A stretch of DNA of 64,000 nucleotides from Candidatus Saccharimonadota bacterium (GCA_046350755.1 JAXLZV010000001.1:75510-139509), one strand, 5' to 3'; counted from the stretch's first letter, positions 8,522-17,721 are shown. Notes: generated from the sequence alone by a model not told the origin. Program-made: numbers and translations.

Positions 8522-9556
8522 TTACTCCCAGTTGAGCGTACCGCCAGTCTGGTACTCGGTCACACGAGTTTCGAAGAAGTTCTTTTCCTTGGTGAGGTCG
8601 ATGGCTTCACTCATCCAGGGGAAAGGATTCTCGGAGCTAAATTGCGGTGCCAAACCAACTCGCTGCAAGCGACGATCGGCAATGTGCTCAATGTACTGCT
8701 TAAAGCCGTCGGCGTTCATGCCGAAGATTCCGCGTGGAAAGACTTCAGCTGCAAAAGTATATTCCAGACGGGCGGCCTCTTTGACGAGGTCGGTGATGTG
8801 CTGGGCAAACTCTGGCGTCCACAACTCCGGCTGCTCTTCCTTGATCGTATTGATGAGCTTGATACCAAAGTTAAGATGCTGGGTCTCGTCACGCATGATG
8901 TACTGGATCTGTTCGGCGGCCCCAACCATCTTGTTCTGACGCTGAAAACCAAACATCACCGCAAATGAGCTGTAGAAGAAGATGCCTTCGAGAATCAACG
9001 AGAACACACACAGGTTTTCGAGAAACTTCTGATCTGACTCAAAGGTACCGGTTTTAAACTCAGGATCAAAGATACCCTCATTGAAGCTCAGGATAAAATC
9101 GGCTTTCGAATAGATCGCATCGACCTCGCGGTACATATTGAAGATCTCTGAGCCATCGAGGCCCAATGACTCGACAATATACTGATAGGCATGGGTGTGA
9201 ATCGCTTCCTCATAGGCCTGGCGCAAGAGATACATCCGGCACTCCGGGCTGGAGATATGCTTGTACATCGCCAGCACCACGTTATTAGCAGCGATCGAGT
9301 CGGCCGTCGTGAAGAAGCCGAGCACCGTCTTTAGCGCCTTCACTTCATCATCGGTCAAACGACCATTGCGAAGCTGCTCGATATCGCTCATCATGGTGAT
9401 CTCGGTCGGTAGCCAGTGATTGGCATTACCGGCGTTATAGGCTTCCCAAGCAAAGGTATGCTTCATCGGGTGCAGCTGGATCACATCGGCGTCAGCGCCA
9501 TTGATGATCCGCCGAGCATTGATATCCGGCCGCTGCTTAGTTTTGGTTATGGGCAT
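8522..9556 (-). CDS. nrdB: Ribonucleotide reductase class Ia beta subunit
   Basis: Di-iron and tyrosyl-radical motifs are present: EEAIHTHAY (E-x2-H-x3-Y spacing), FFYSSFA and RDETQHLNFG. It lies downstream of nrdA in the same orientation. Confidence 0.9.
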   Translation of the reverse strand: MPITKTKQRPDINARRIINGADADVIQLHPMKHTFAWEAYNAGNANHWLPTEITMMSDIEQLRNGRLTDDEVKALKTVLGFFTTADSIAANNVVLAMYKHISSPECRMYLLRQAYEEAIHTHAYQYIVESLGLDGSEIFNMYREVDAIYSKADFILSFNEGIFDPEFKTGTFESDQKFLENLCVFSLILEGIFFYSSFAVMFGFQRQNKMVGAAEQIQYIMRDETQHLNFGIKLINTIKEEQPELWTPEFAQHITDLVKEAARLEYTFAAEVFPRGIFGMNADGFKQYIEHIADRRLQRVGLAPQFSSENPFPWMSEAIDLTKEKNFFETRVTEYQTGGTLNWE

Positions 9557-9598
9557 AATGGTGTCTCCAAAGCTAGGTTAAGTTGGTAAGTCGTCATG

Positions 9599-12460
9599 TT
9601 ATTGGCAAGCTTCGCAGTCTGGATCGAGGATCGAGCAGACATTGAGCGTTTCTTGACCATTCGAGATCATCGTCTGGGTGGTTGTCTGAGTCACGACTTG
9701 TGTCGCCACGCCACCTTGTTCAACCGTGTTGCCCATATTGCCACCACCGGCCGCTGAGCCAACGCTAAAGTCACGGGTGTGAGTGTCACCAAAGGCCGCC
9801 GTATCCACTGTCGACTTCTCGACTTGGCTCGCCGCAAGTGAGCGGAGGTAGTAGGTAGTCTTCAGACCCATGCGCCAAGCGTAGCTGTAGGCATCGGCCA
9901 GCATCTTACCGTTCGTACCACGCATGAAGATATTCAAGCTCTGACTCTGGTCGATCCACTTGCCACGATAGGCCGCCGTTCGCACCAGCCACTCGGCCGA
10001 GATCTCAAACACTTCCTTATACTTATCGCGGATATTCACGGGGATCTCAGAAATCTGCTGCACACTGCCGTCGTAGAATTTCAACTTATTGAGCATCTCG
10101 TCGGTCCAGAGGTCATGAGCTTTGAGGTCTTCGACTAGGTAAGGGTTGATCACCGTAAAGTCACCGGACATATTGGCCTTCACGTAAAGGTTCTTGAAGA
10201 TTGGCTCGATGCAGGGGTAACAGCCCACGATATTGGAGATCGTCGCAGTTGGGGCGATCGCCATAGTATTGGAGTTGCGCATGCCATGCTTCTTCACCAG
10301 ATCATAGACCGGCTTCCAATTCAGGCGGCGCGTGCGGGCGACGTCAATCTTCTGGCCGCGCTCTTCTTCTAAGAGGTCGAGCGTATCGACGGGGAAGATA
10401 CCGCGATCCCACTTACTGCCCTTGTAGCTCTTATAAGCCCCACGCTCACCAGCCAGCTCGGCCGAACCGGTAATCGCGTAGTAGGAGATGAGCTCCATCG
10501 AGACATCGGCAAATTCCACAGCTGCCTCAGAGGCAAAGTCGATATCGAGCTTGTAGAGAGCGTCCTGGAAGCCCATGATGCCGAGGCCAACTGGACGATG
10601 CTGCATATTACTGTTTTTAGCTTCTTTGGTCGGGTAGTAGTTGAGGTCGATGACGTTATCGAGCATGCGCATCGCCAACGTGACGGTTTCTTTGATCTTA
10701 TCGTGATCGAGGACTTCGCCTTTGACATGCAGGCCGAGGTTGACCGAGCCGAGGTTACAGACCGCTGTCTCGTCCTTTGAGGTGTTGAGCGTGATCTCAG
10801 TACAGAGATTTGAGCTGTGGACAACGCCGATATGATCCTGCGGCGAGCGAACATTCGATGGGTCTTTGAAGGTAATCCACGGATGACCCGTCTCGAAGAG
10901 CATAGTCAGCATCTTGCGCCAGAGATCGACGGCTGGAATCCGCTTCCAGGTCTGAATCTTGCCCTCATCAGCCAGCTTTTCGTACTTGATATAAGCTTCT
11001 TCGAACTTACGACCGTAGAGATCGTGCAGATCCGACGTCTCATCTGGCGAAAAGAGAGTCCACATCGCGCCTTCTTGCACGCGCTTCATGAAGAGGTCAG
11101 GAATCCAGTTAGCCGTGTCCATATCATGCGTGCGGCGGCGATCATCGCCGGTGTTCTTACGCAATTCGAGGAATTCTTCAATGTCCATGTGCCAAGTCTC
11201 GAGATAGGCACAGGTCGCACCACGCCGCTTACCCGAGCGATTGATAGCCACTGTCGTGTCATTGGCGATCTTCAGGAAGGGGACCACGCCCTGCGAGCTG
11301 ACGTTCGTTGTCTTGATAAGCGCACCAGTGGCGCGAATGTTCGACCAGTCCGTGCCGATACCGCCAGAGTATTTGGACAGCTGAGCGTTATCAGAAAAGG
11401 TCTTGAAGATATTTTCGAGGTTATCTTCAACCGTATTCAGGTAACACGATGACAGCTGCGGGTAGGTGGTACCGGAGTGGAAGAGTGTCGGTGTCGATGG
11501 CACGTAGCGGTGGGTCGACATGATGTCATAAAACTTCTTCGCCCAGTCGTTCTTGTCCTTCTTATCTTCATTCATCGCCATACCCATCGCGACGCGCATC
11601 CAAAAGGCCTGTGGCGTCTCGAGGATGATGTCCTCGCTACCAGCGGCCCGCAAGAAGTACCGATCGTAGAGGACCTGCAAGCCCATATAGTCAAAGAGCA
11701 GGTCGCGATCGAGATCCATATACTCGGCCAGCTCTTCGAGATTAAAGTCGAGGATTTCCTTTTGTAAGCGCTTTTCTTTGACCGCCCGCTGGAGGTTAGA
11801 TTGAAACGTCTTGCGATAAGCGGCTGGGATAGCAGCTTCTTCGCTCTCACCAGCGATCTCTTGGTGCATCTTATGGAGGAGGAGGCGAGCGGCAAACTTC
11901 GTATAGTCGGTGTCGCGCTCGATGAAGCTACGAGCTACCAGCACGATGGCCTCAAACAACTCATCGACAGTGATGCCATCGTAGAGGTTAGTCTTCACAG
12001 CTTCGAGCACGGCCTCGGCGTCGACACCAGCCAGACCCTTGGTGAAGCGATCGATCGTCTTCTTGAGCTTAGTGGGATTAAATTTCTCCAACTCACCAGC
12101 AGCATTCATGACGGTCAGGCCCGAGCTCTCGAGCTTGGCGACTTGCTCTTCCTGCTCAGCCTGGCGCTGCTTCTTGTGCTCCTCACGATAGACGATGTAG
12201 CTGCGCGCCGTCTGGTAGAAGCCAGCCCGCATCAGCTCTTGCTCGACGAGGTCCTGAATGCTCTCGACGTCCGGTGTCGTATCGACGTGCAGAGCTGAGA
12301 GATTATCAGCCACAGCGTCAACCAGCTCTGCCACTCGCTCGATATCGATCTCGCCGTCGACCGACAGGCTCGCCTTAATGATCGCGTCGGCGATCCGTTG
12401 CTTATCAAATGGTACTACCGAACCATTGCGCTTTTTTATTTGGTTATAACTCATCCTCAC
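9599..12460 (-). CDS. nrdA: Ribonucleotide reductase class Ia alpha subunit with an N-terminal ATP-cone and a low-complexity insertion before the C-terminal Cys pair
   Basis: An ATP-cone lies at the N-terminus (VVPFDKQRIADAIIKA), followed by the conserved catalytic core and the C-terminal redox-tail Cys pair (DPDCEACQ). An AGGAGG SD precedes the start. Confidence 0.9.
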   Translation of the reverse strand: MRMSYNQIKKRNGSVVPFDKQRIADAIIKASLSVDGEIDIERVAELVDAVADNLSALHVDTTPDVESIQDLVEQELMRAGFYQTARSYIVYREEHKKQRQAEQEEQVAKLESSGLTVMNAAGELEKFNPTKLKKTIDRFTKGLAGVDAEAVLEAVKTNLYDGITVDELFEAIVLVARSFIERDTDYTKFAARLLLHKMHQEIAGESEEAAIPAAYRKTFQSNLQRAVKEKRLQKEILDFNLEELAEYMDLDRDLLFDYMGLQVLYDRYFLRAAGSEDIILETPQAFWMRVAMGMAMNEDKKDKNDWAKKFYDIMSTHRYVPSTPTLFHSGTTYPQLSSCYLNTVEDNLENIFKTFSDNAQLSKYSGGIGTDWSNIRATGALIKTTNVSSQGVVPFLKIANDTTVAINRSGKRRGATCAYLETWHMDIEEFLELRKNTGDDRRRTHDMDTANWIPDLFMKRVQEGAMWTLFSPDETSDLHDLYGRKFEEAYIKYEKLADEGKIQTWKRIPAVDLWRKMLTMLFETGHPWITFKDPSNVRSPQDHIGVVHSSNLCTEITLNTSKDETAVCNLGSVNLGLHVKGEVLDHDKIKETVTLAMRMLDNVIDLNYYPTKEAKNSNMQHRPVGLGIMGFQDALYKLDIDFASEAAVEFADVSMELISYYAITGSAELAGERGAYKSYKGSKWDRGIFPVDTLDLLEEERGQKIDVARTRRLNWKPVYDLVKKHGMRNSNTMAIAPTATISNIVGCYPCIEPIFKNLYVKANMSGDFTVINPYLVEDLKAHDLWTDEMLNKLKFYDGSVQQISEIPVNIRDKYKEVFEISAEWLVRTAAYRGKWIDQSQSLNIFMRGTNGKMLADAYSYAWRMGLKTTYYLRSLAASQVEKSTVDTAAFGDTHTRDFSVGSAAGGGNMGNTVEQGGVATQVVTQTTTQTMISNGQETLNVCSILDPDCEACQ

Positions 12461-12478
12461 CCTCCTGGATTAGTGTTT

Positions 12479-12527
12479 TGTGTATATATAGCGTTTCAAC
12501 TTACACTATGAACACTATATATAGCGT
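12479..12527. promoter_or_regulatory. Two NrdR-box-like 16-bp palindromes upstream of nrdAB
   Basis: Box 2 at 12512-12527 (acactatatatagcgt) matches the NrdR consensus as I recall it (acaCwAtATaTwGtgt) at 15 of 16 positions. Box 1 at 12479-12494 (tgtgtatatatagcgt) shares the core and the right half. The centres are about 33 bp apart, and the boxes lie 20-70 bp upstream of the nrdA start. Confidence 0.4.
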
Positions 12528-12811
12528 AGTAGCAGCGTGTAAAGCCCTTATGCTCTACATTTTCTGCATCCACTACAATTTGTAAAAACCGACTCCAACT
12601 TTCGCCGCACACTGTATTACTTACGAACATCATACGAACGTATGCGCACGCCTGTCAACCCCTCAATCTACAAACGCGAGTAACAAATCTTGCTTCTCAT
12701 CATACGCGCTTGTGGTGAGCTTCGTAAATATTGCGCGAGTCGACTTTTCGTGTCATTACCATCTGGAAAAGTATCGGAAAACGTGGTATAGTTTTGTGGT
12801 TATTTCCGTTG

Positions 12812-12887
12812 TGGTCCCATCGTCTAGCGGTTAGGACGCCAGGTTCTCAGCCTGGTAACCGGGGTTCGATTCCCCGTGGGATCACCA
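12812..12887 (+). tRNA. tRNA-Glu (anticodon CTC)
   Basis: Manual cloverleaf: acceptor GGTCCCA/TGGGATC, anticodon stem CCAGG/CCTGG with loop TTCTCAG, T-arm CGGGG-TTCGATT-CCCCG, and an encoded CCA. Confidence 0.85.
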
Positions 12888-12890
12888 AGT

Positions 12891-12920
12891 TAAGGACCGG
12901 AGCTCGTCTCCGGTTTTTAA
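12891..12920 (+). terminator. Rho-independent terminator after tRNA-Glu
   Basis: Stem ccggag, loop ctcgt, stem ctccgg, followed by ttttt. Confidence 0.6.
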
Positions 12921-13207
12921 CTTGGTGGATAGTCGCGAGAGTATCTCGAACCCGGGTTCGAAGACCAGAGCCACGCGCACAAGCTCGCTTGGAGCATGGC
13001 TCGCAGTCGCAAGGCCATAAGCCTTATTCCCCTGGTAGTTCTCGCAGAGAACTGAGCCCCGCAGGGGTTGGATAATGATGAAAGCGCGCAGAAATGTATT
13101 TCGAGCACTTGAGGAAATTACACGCAGTATTCCCCATATGATGAATATATTGCAGAATTCAGCAATATATATTTATAGGTTTACATTTCGAATGGTAAGA
13201 TGGCTCT

Positions 13208-16200
13208 ATGGCAAGGTTATTCGGAAAAAACAAGTTACGAGAGTTAGTCGAAAAGATAGATACTGAATCGGTGCGTCAGTACATCGATATAGTCAAGGAA
13301 TGGAGTGAGGATTATCACAACGGCAGTCTGAAGAAAGACAAAGAAACTTCTCGCGAACAAGCCTATAACCGTGACTTCTTTATTCGTATTCTTGGCTACA
13401 AAGAAAAACCTGCTGTTCCATATAGCCTGGAGCCCAAAGCCACTACTGATAAAGGACAGTTGCCCGATGCCGTATTAAGTCACACTGACGCATCGAAACA
13501 TATAAAAAACATTTCTGCTGTTGTCGAGCTAAAAGGTGCTGCAACCGAGCTTGATCGTCCGCAAAGGCGTGAAGGCAATATGAGTCCAATTCAGCAGGCC
13601 TTTAAATATAAGACTCAGTATCGCAATTGCCCGTTCGTGATTGTTTGTAACTTTTGGGAGTTTCGCCTGTATCACGACAACCAGCTTGATTACGAACTTT
13701 GGACGCTAGATGACCTTGTGAACCCCGAGGACGACTACATACTGTTTAAGACATGGTATGCGCTTTTAAGATGCGAGAAATTTACGGCGAGCAAGGGCGC
13801 GAGCAAAACTGAAGCCCTACTGAGCGATATACGCGTAGAACAAGACAATATCAGCAAGAAGTTTTACAAAGTGTACCGCGAGGCGCGGTTAGACCTACTG
13901 CGCGATATCTACAAACACAACCACCACATCAGATCCAAAATAGATGTAGGCATTGAGAAGGCTCAAAAGATTGTTGACCGCATTGTGTTCGCGGCTTTTG
14001 CTGAAGATAGAGGCTTATTGCCGGACAATACCCTTCAACGCGTCATTATGGCTGCTGATAGCTCTGCATTTGGCGGTAGTCTATGGAATACACTAAAAAG
14101 CTTTTTTGAGGCGATAGACGTAGGTAGCGAAAAACTGGAGATACCCGACGGGTATAACGGTGGGCTGTTTAAGCATGATGATAAGTTAAACAATCTACAA
14201 ATCAGCGACGAACCTCTACGTAGGGTTATCGAGTTAGGTTCATACAACTTTGCCGATGATTTAAGTGTAAACATTCTTGGTCATATTTTTGAGCAATCCA
14301 TTAGTGATCTTGAAGAAATTAAGAACAAAGTCAACGACAGCCAGAACCTAGAAACTGTAGCGCACTCACGACGTAAAAAAGACGGCATATATTACACCCC
14401 TGACTACATTGTGAGGTACATCATAGATAACTCACTCGGGGCTTACCTGAGAGAGCAAGAAGAAAAACTAAAATTAGAGTTTCGATTGAAGGACAATATT
14501 CTTGATAAAACCTATGAACAGCGCGAAAAGCAAGCATACATAAAATATTATGAACGCCTAAGTAATATCAAAGTGCTTGACCCTGCCTGTGGTAGCGGCG
14601 CATTTTTAGTGTATGTTTTTGATTACTTATTTGCGGAGCATAAAAGAATAGGCAACATCCTAGGACTCGACAAGGGGGTGGTAGACTTTGGCGAAACATA
14701 TAAAAACATTCTAACTCGCAATATATATGGCGTTGATCTTAATGATGAATCCGTGGAAATTACAAAGTTATCTCTTTGGCTTAAAACCGCACAAAAGGGT
14801 AAAAAGCTAACCACCCTAGACGCAAACATTAAATGCGGTAATAGCTTAATAGACGACCCAAATATTGCAGATGGTAAGGCATTTAACTGGCATGAGCAGT
14901 TTACGGACGTACTCGAGCAAGGTGGCTTTGATGTGATTATTGGCAATCCGCCGTGGGTTTCTTTAGGTGGAAGGCAGGGCCAAAAAGTAAGCAACGAAGA
15001 ACTTAAATACTACACAGAAAAATACAACGGCAACACCTATCTACCTAACCTGTTCGAGTATTTTGTTAACTTGGGAGTAAGCATACTTAAACAAAACGGG
15101 TATTTCTCTATGATTGTACCTGACCGTTTTGGCATAAACGGAGTATTTAATAACTTACGCAAAAATATCTGGCAAAAATATAATCTAATACAAGTCGTCT
15201 ATAAATGGGACTTCCCGTACGTAGTAACCGATACAATGACCTTTGTTATTAAAAAACAAAACATAAAGAATAAGGTCGTAGCGATTAAAGCTACACCGAG
15301 CTCTGAATTTGTAAAGCTTACCGATGAGGAAATCGACAAAACTACTTATGAGTTTAAGTTATTTGGATCTGCGGAAACCAAAGCACTCGTCAATAAAATC
15401 ATTAAACTCGGAACACCCGTCTCGCAGATAGCAAAAACAACCTCTGGCTTTGGCGGTAAATCAAAATTAGTTACCAGCAACAGGGAAGCAATAGGCCAGC
15501 GAGAAATATTAAAGGGTCAATCTATCGGGCGCTATGTCATAAAACACAAACTATTCTTTGAGTTTATTGACGAAAATATAACGGGTAGAACTAGAGATAA
15601 GAGAAAACTCGGTGCCACACCAAAGGTTCTACTGCGGAAGACCGGTTCTGAGATAATCGCTACTTACGATAATACTGGTTTATACCCTGAGCAGTCTTTG
15701 TATTTTCTTTATTCATTTACTGATAACGTGCAGCCCCTATACTTACTGGCGGTATTGAACTCAAGATTAATAACTTGGCTGTATCGCAGTAATTTTATTA
15801 CCAACGCAGATAGTACACCACAATTAAAAAATAATGACCTAGATAAGTTCCCGATAGTTATTGCGGATAAGCAGACTCAATCACGCGTATCACAGACAGT
15901 GGAAGAGTTAATGTCAAAGTCAAAAAGCTTGTACTATATAACAGATACAACTAATAGGTTAATCTCTTCCGAGTTCAGCTTGCACAATATGCCGGCAAAA
16001 TTAAACAAATGGTGGACATTTGATTTTGTAGAGTTCACAAACAGACTGCGCCTTAACCTAACGCTCACTCAAAAAGATGAACTTCTGCAACTATTTGAAA
16101 AGTACCGCCCCAAACTACAATCACTTGACAATGAAATACAGCGATTAGACCACGAAATTGACCGGTTAGTATACAAACTCTACAGATTAACAGATGAGGA

Positions 16201-16234
16201 GATTACTATGATTGAGAGAGATACTGCGAAGTAG
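13208..16234 (+). CDS. Type IIL/IIG restriction-modification enzyme, MmeI family. A single polypeptide with an N-terminal PD-ExK nuclease, a gamma-class N6-adenine methyltransferase and a C-terminal target-recognition domain.
   Basis: The nuclease motif is D...AVVELK near the N-terminus. MTase motif I is DPACGSGAFLV and motif IV is GNPPWVSLGG. The conserved C-terminal helix is YRLTDEEITMIE. The gene is conspicuously AT-rich compared with its flanks. Confidence 0.8.
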   Translation: MARLFGKNKLRELVEKIDTESVRQYIDIVKEWSEDYHNGSLKKDKETSREQAYNRDFFIRILGYKEKPAVPYSLEPKATTDKGQLPDAVLSHTDASKHIKNISAVVELKGAATELDRPQRREGNMSPIQQAFKYKTQYRNCPFVIVCNFWEFRLYHDNQLDYELWTLDDLVNPEDDYILFKTWYALLRCEKFTASKGASKTEALLSDIRVEQDNISKKFYKVYREARLDLLRDIYKHNHHIRSKIDVGIEKAQKIVDRIVFAAFAEDRGLLPDNTLQRVIMAADSSAFGGSLWNTLKSFFEAIDVGSEKLEIPDGYNGGLFKHDDKLNNLQISDEPLRRVIELGSYNFADDLSVNILGHIFEQSISDLEEIKNKVNDSQNLETVAHSRRKKDGIYYTPDYIVRYIIDNSLGAYLREQEEKLKLEFRLKDNILDKTYEQREKQAYIKYYERLSNIKVLDPACGSGAFLVYVFDYLFAEHKRIGNILGLDKGVVDFGETYKNILTRNIYGVDLNDESVEITKLSLWLKTAQKGKKLTTLDANIKCGNSLIDDPNIADGKAFNWHEQFTDVLEQGGFDVIIGNPPWVSLGGRQGQKVSNEELKYYTEKYNGNTYLPNLFEYFVNLGVSILKQNGYFSMIVPDRFGINGVFNNLRKNIWQKYNLIQVVYKWDFPYVVTDTMTFVIKKQNIKNKVVAIKATPSSEFVKLTDEEIDKTTYEFKLFGSAETKALVNKIIKLGTPVSQIAKTTSGFGGKSKLVTSNREAIGQREILKGQSIGRYVIKHKLFFEFIDENITGRTRDKRKLGATPKVLLRKTGSEIIATYDNTGLYPEQSLYFLYSFTDNVQPLYLLAVLNSRLITWLYRSNFITNADSTPQLKNNDLDKFPIVIADKQTQSRVSQTVEELMSKSKSLYYITDTTNRLISSEFSLHNMPAKLNKWWTFDFVEFTNRLRLNLTLTQKDELLQLFEKYRPKLQSLDNEIQRLDHEIDRLVYKLYRLTDEEITMIERDTAK

Positions 16235-16236
16235 TT

Positions 16237-16992
16237 TTGGAATATAATAGAGGAATGAAACCATACAACGGCGTCTACCAGCCCGACAACCCAGCGCCAT
16301 ACAAACTCAGCCGCACGAAGGTCGAGCTCTTTACCAACTGCCCGCGCTGCTTTTACCTCGACCGCGTACTGAAGATCGCGCGGCCAAGCACGCCACCATT
16401 TAATATCAACTCCGCCGTCGACTCATTGCTCAAGGCAGAATTCGACGTCCATCGAGCGAATGGACACCAACACCCCATCCAGGAGCAATACGGCATCGAT
16501 GCCGAGCCTGCGCCGCACGAAGAGCTGGATAAATGGCGCGAAAATTTCCACGGCGTACAATATATCCACGAGCCGTCGAACCTCTTGCTCTTCGGCGCTA
16601 TCGATGACCTGTGGATAAACTCCAAGGGCGAATACATCGTCGTGGACTACAAGGCGACGGCGAAAAACGAGCCAGTCACCGAGCTGGGCGATGCTCCCTG
16701 GCATGATCAATACAGGCGACAGATAGAGTTTTACCAATGGCTGCTGCGGCGTAACGGCTACAAGGTGAGTGATACTGGCTACTGGGTATACTGCACGGGG
16801 AATCCGAACGCGGGCGCGTTTGATAAAAAGGTCGAGTTTGAAGTGCATCTGATCAGCTATGAGGGGAGTGGCAGCTGGGTGGAGCCGACGGTGATGAAGC
16901 TCAAGCAGTGCCTGGATAGTGGAGTAGTGCCACCGCCGACTGAGGGCTGTGAGTACTGTGCGTATATCGCCCTGGCGGCGGAACAGCTATAG
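16237..16992 (+). CDS. Cas4-like / RecB-family PD-(D/E)XK nuclease with a four-cysteine Fe-S cluster
   Basis: N-terminal CPRC and C-terminal CEYC form the four-cysteine cluster, and the catalytic core is IDDLW...EYIVVDYK (D..E.K). The ORF-track start at 16237 is a TTG. The first ATG is at 16255 (MKPYNG). Confidence 0.7.
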   Translation: MEYNRGMKPYNGVYQPDNPAPYKLSRTKVELFTNCPRCFYLDRVLKIARPSTPPFNINSAVDSLLKAEFDVHRANGHQHPIQEQYGIDAEPAPHEELDKWRENFHGVQYIHEPSNLLLFGAIDDLWINSKGEYIVVDYKATAKNEPVTELGDAPWHDQYRRQIEFYQWLLRRNGYKVSDTGYWVYCTGNPNAGAFDKKVEFEVHLISYEGSGSWVEPTVMKLKQCLDSGVVPPPTEGCEYCAYIALAAEQL

Positions 16993-17004
16993 GAGGGGAT
17001 TGAT

Positions 17005-17721
17005 ATGGCGGATCTAGACGAATATATGTATCGAGCCGAGCAGCTCGTCATCTGGGAGCAAAAGGCGAATATCAAGCAGATCCGGGAGGCTTTTGGCGTC
17101 TCAGAAACTACAGCCATAAAGATCCTATTGACGCTCGAGAGTCTCGGGTATATACAAGAGACCGACGTCGAGGGCGTGTACACGGTCTGGCGGGATCGAG
17201 CCACGAACGCGAATGAAGCCAACCGTGAGATCCACACCCTGCTGAACGCCGCTGTGCGCTATGTGCGAGACTGTGGGGCTATTGGCAAAAATGACTTAGA
17301 AAAGTTTTGCATCGTACTCGGCATCACAGAAGCCAAAGCCGTCGAGCTCTTTGAGATGATGAGGAACCTTGGCGTCGTCGAAGAAACAGTGATGTATCGC
17401 GCGCTGAGCGAAGAAGAAGTCAGTGACCAGGACAAAAACTGGTACGACCCCTTCAATTCGTCCGTTCAGCTACTGGATGAAAAAGGTGAAGCAACCATGA
17501 CGTTTAAGACGAACTTGGATGATACGCTGTACCCACAAGTAGAGGAATACGTGATCGAACAGCAAAGCGCGTCGGCTACTATGCTGCAGCGCCGATTTCA
17601 GATCGGTTATGCGCGAGCGGCGCGACTCATGGACGCCCTGGAAAATAATTTCGTCGTCGGTCCTGCCGATGGCGCCAAGCCCCGAAAAGTCCTGAAGCCG
17701 AAGCAGAAGTCAGATGACTAA
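17005..17721 (+). CDS. Protein made of three tandem FtsK-gamma-like winged-helix domains. The C-terminal copy is canonical and the two N-terminal copies are degenerate.
   Basis: The C-terminal SASATMLQRRFQIGYARAARLMDALENNFVVGPADGAKPRKVL closely matches the FtsK/SpoIIIE gamma-domain signature. The segments AEQLVIWEQKANIKQIREAFGVSETTAIKILLTLESLGYIQE and AVRYVRD...LGITEAKAVELFEMMRNLGVVEE follow the same pattern. There is no ATPase domain. Confidence 0.75.
   Translation: MADLDEYMYRAEQLVIWEQKANIKQIREAFGVSETTAIKILLTLESLGYIQETDVEGVYTVWRDRATNANEANREIHTLLNAAVRYVRDCGAIGKNDLEKFCIVLGITEAKAVELFEMMRNLGVVEETVMYRALSEEEVSDQDKNWYDPFNSSVQLLDEKGEATMTFKTNLDDTLYPQVEEYVIEQQSASATMLQRRFQIGYARAARLMDALENNFVVGPADGAKPRKVLKPKQKSDD

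Noticed and set aside
12940-12975. tRNA-like GGTTCGAA T-loop motif (cgaacccgggttcgaag), considered as a duplicated tRNA-Glu 3' end (att repeat)
   Set aside because: Only the universal T-loop bases match. The flanking stem does not pair as a T-arm, and no direct repeat of the tRNA-Glu 3' end was found further downstream.
12731-13075. 114-aa ORF spanning tRNA-Glu
   Set aside because: It runs straight through a well-folded tRNA and its terminator, and its amino-acid composition is Arg/Pro-rich junk.
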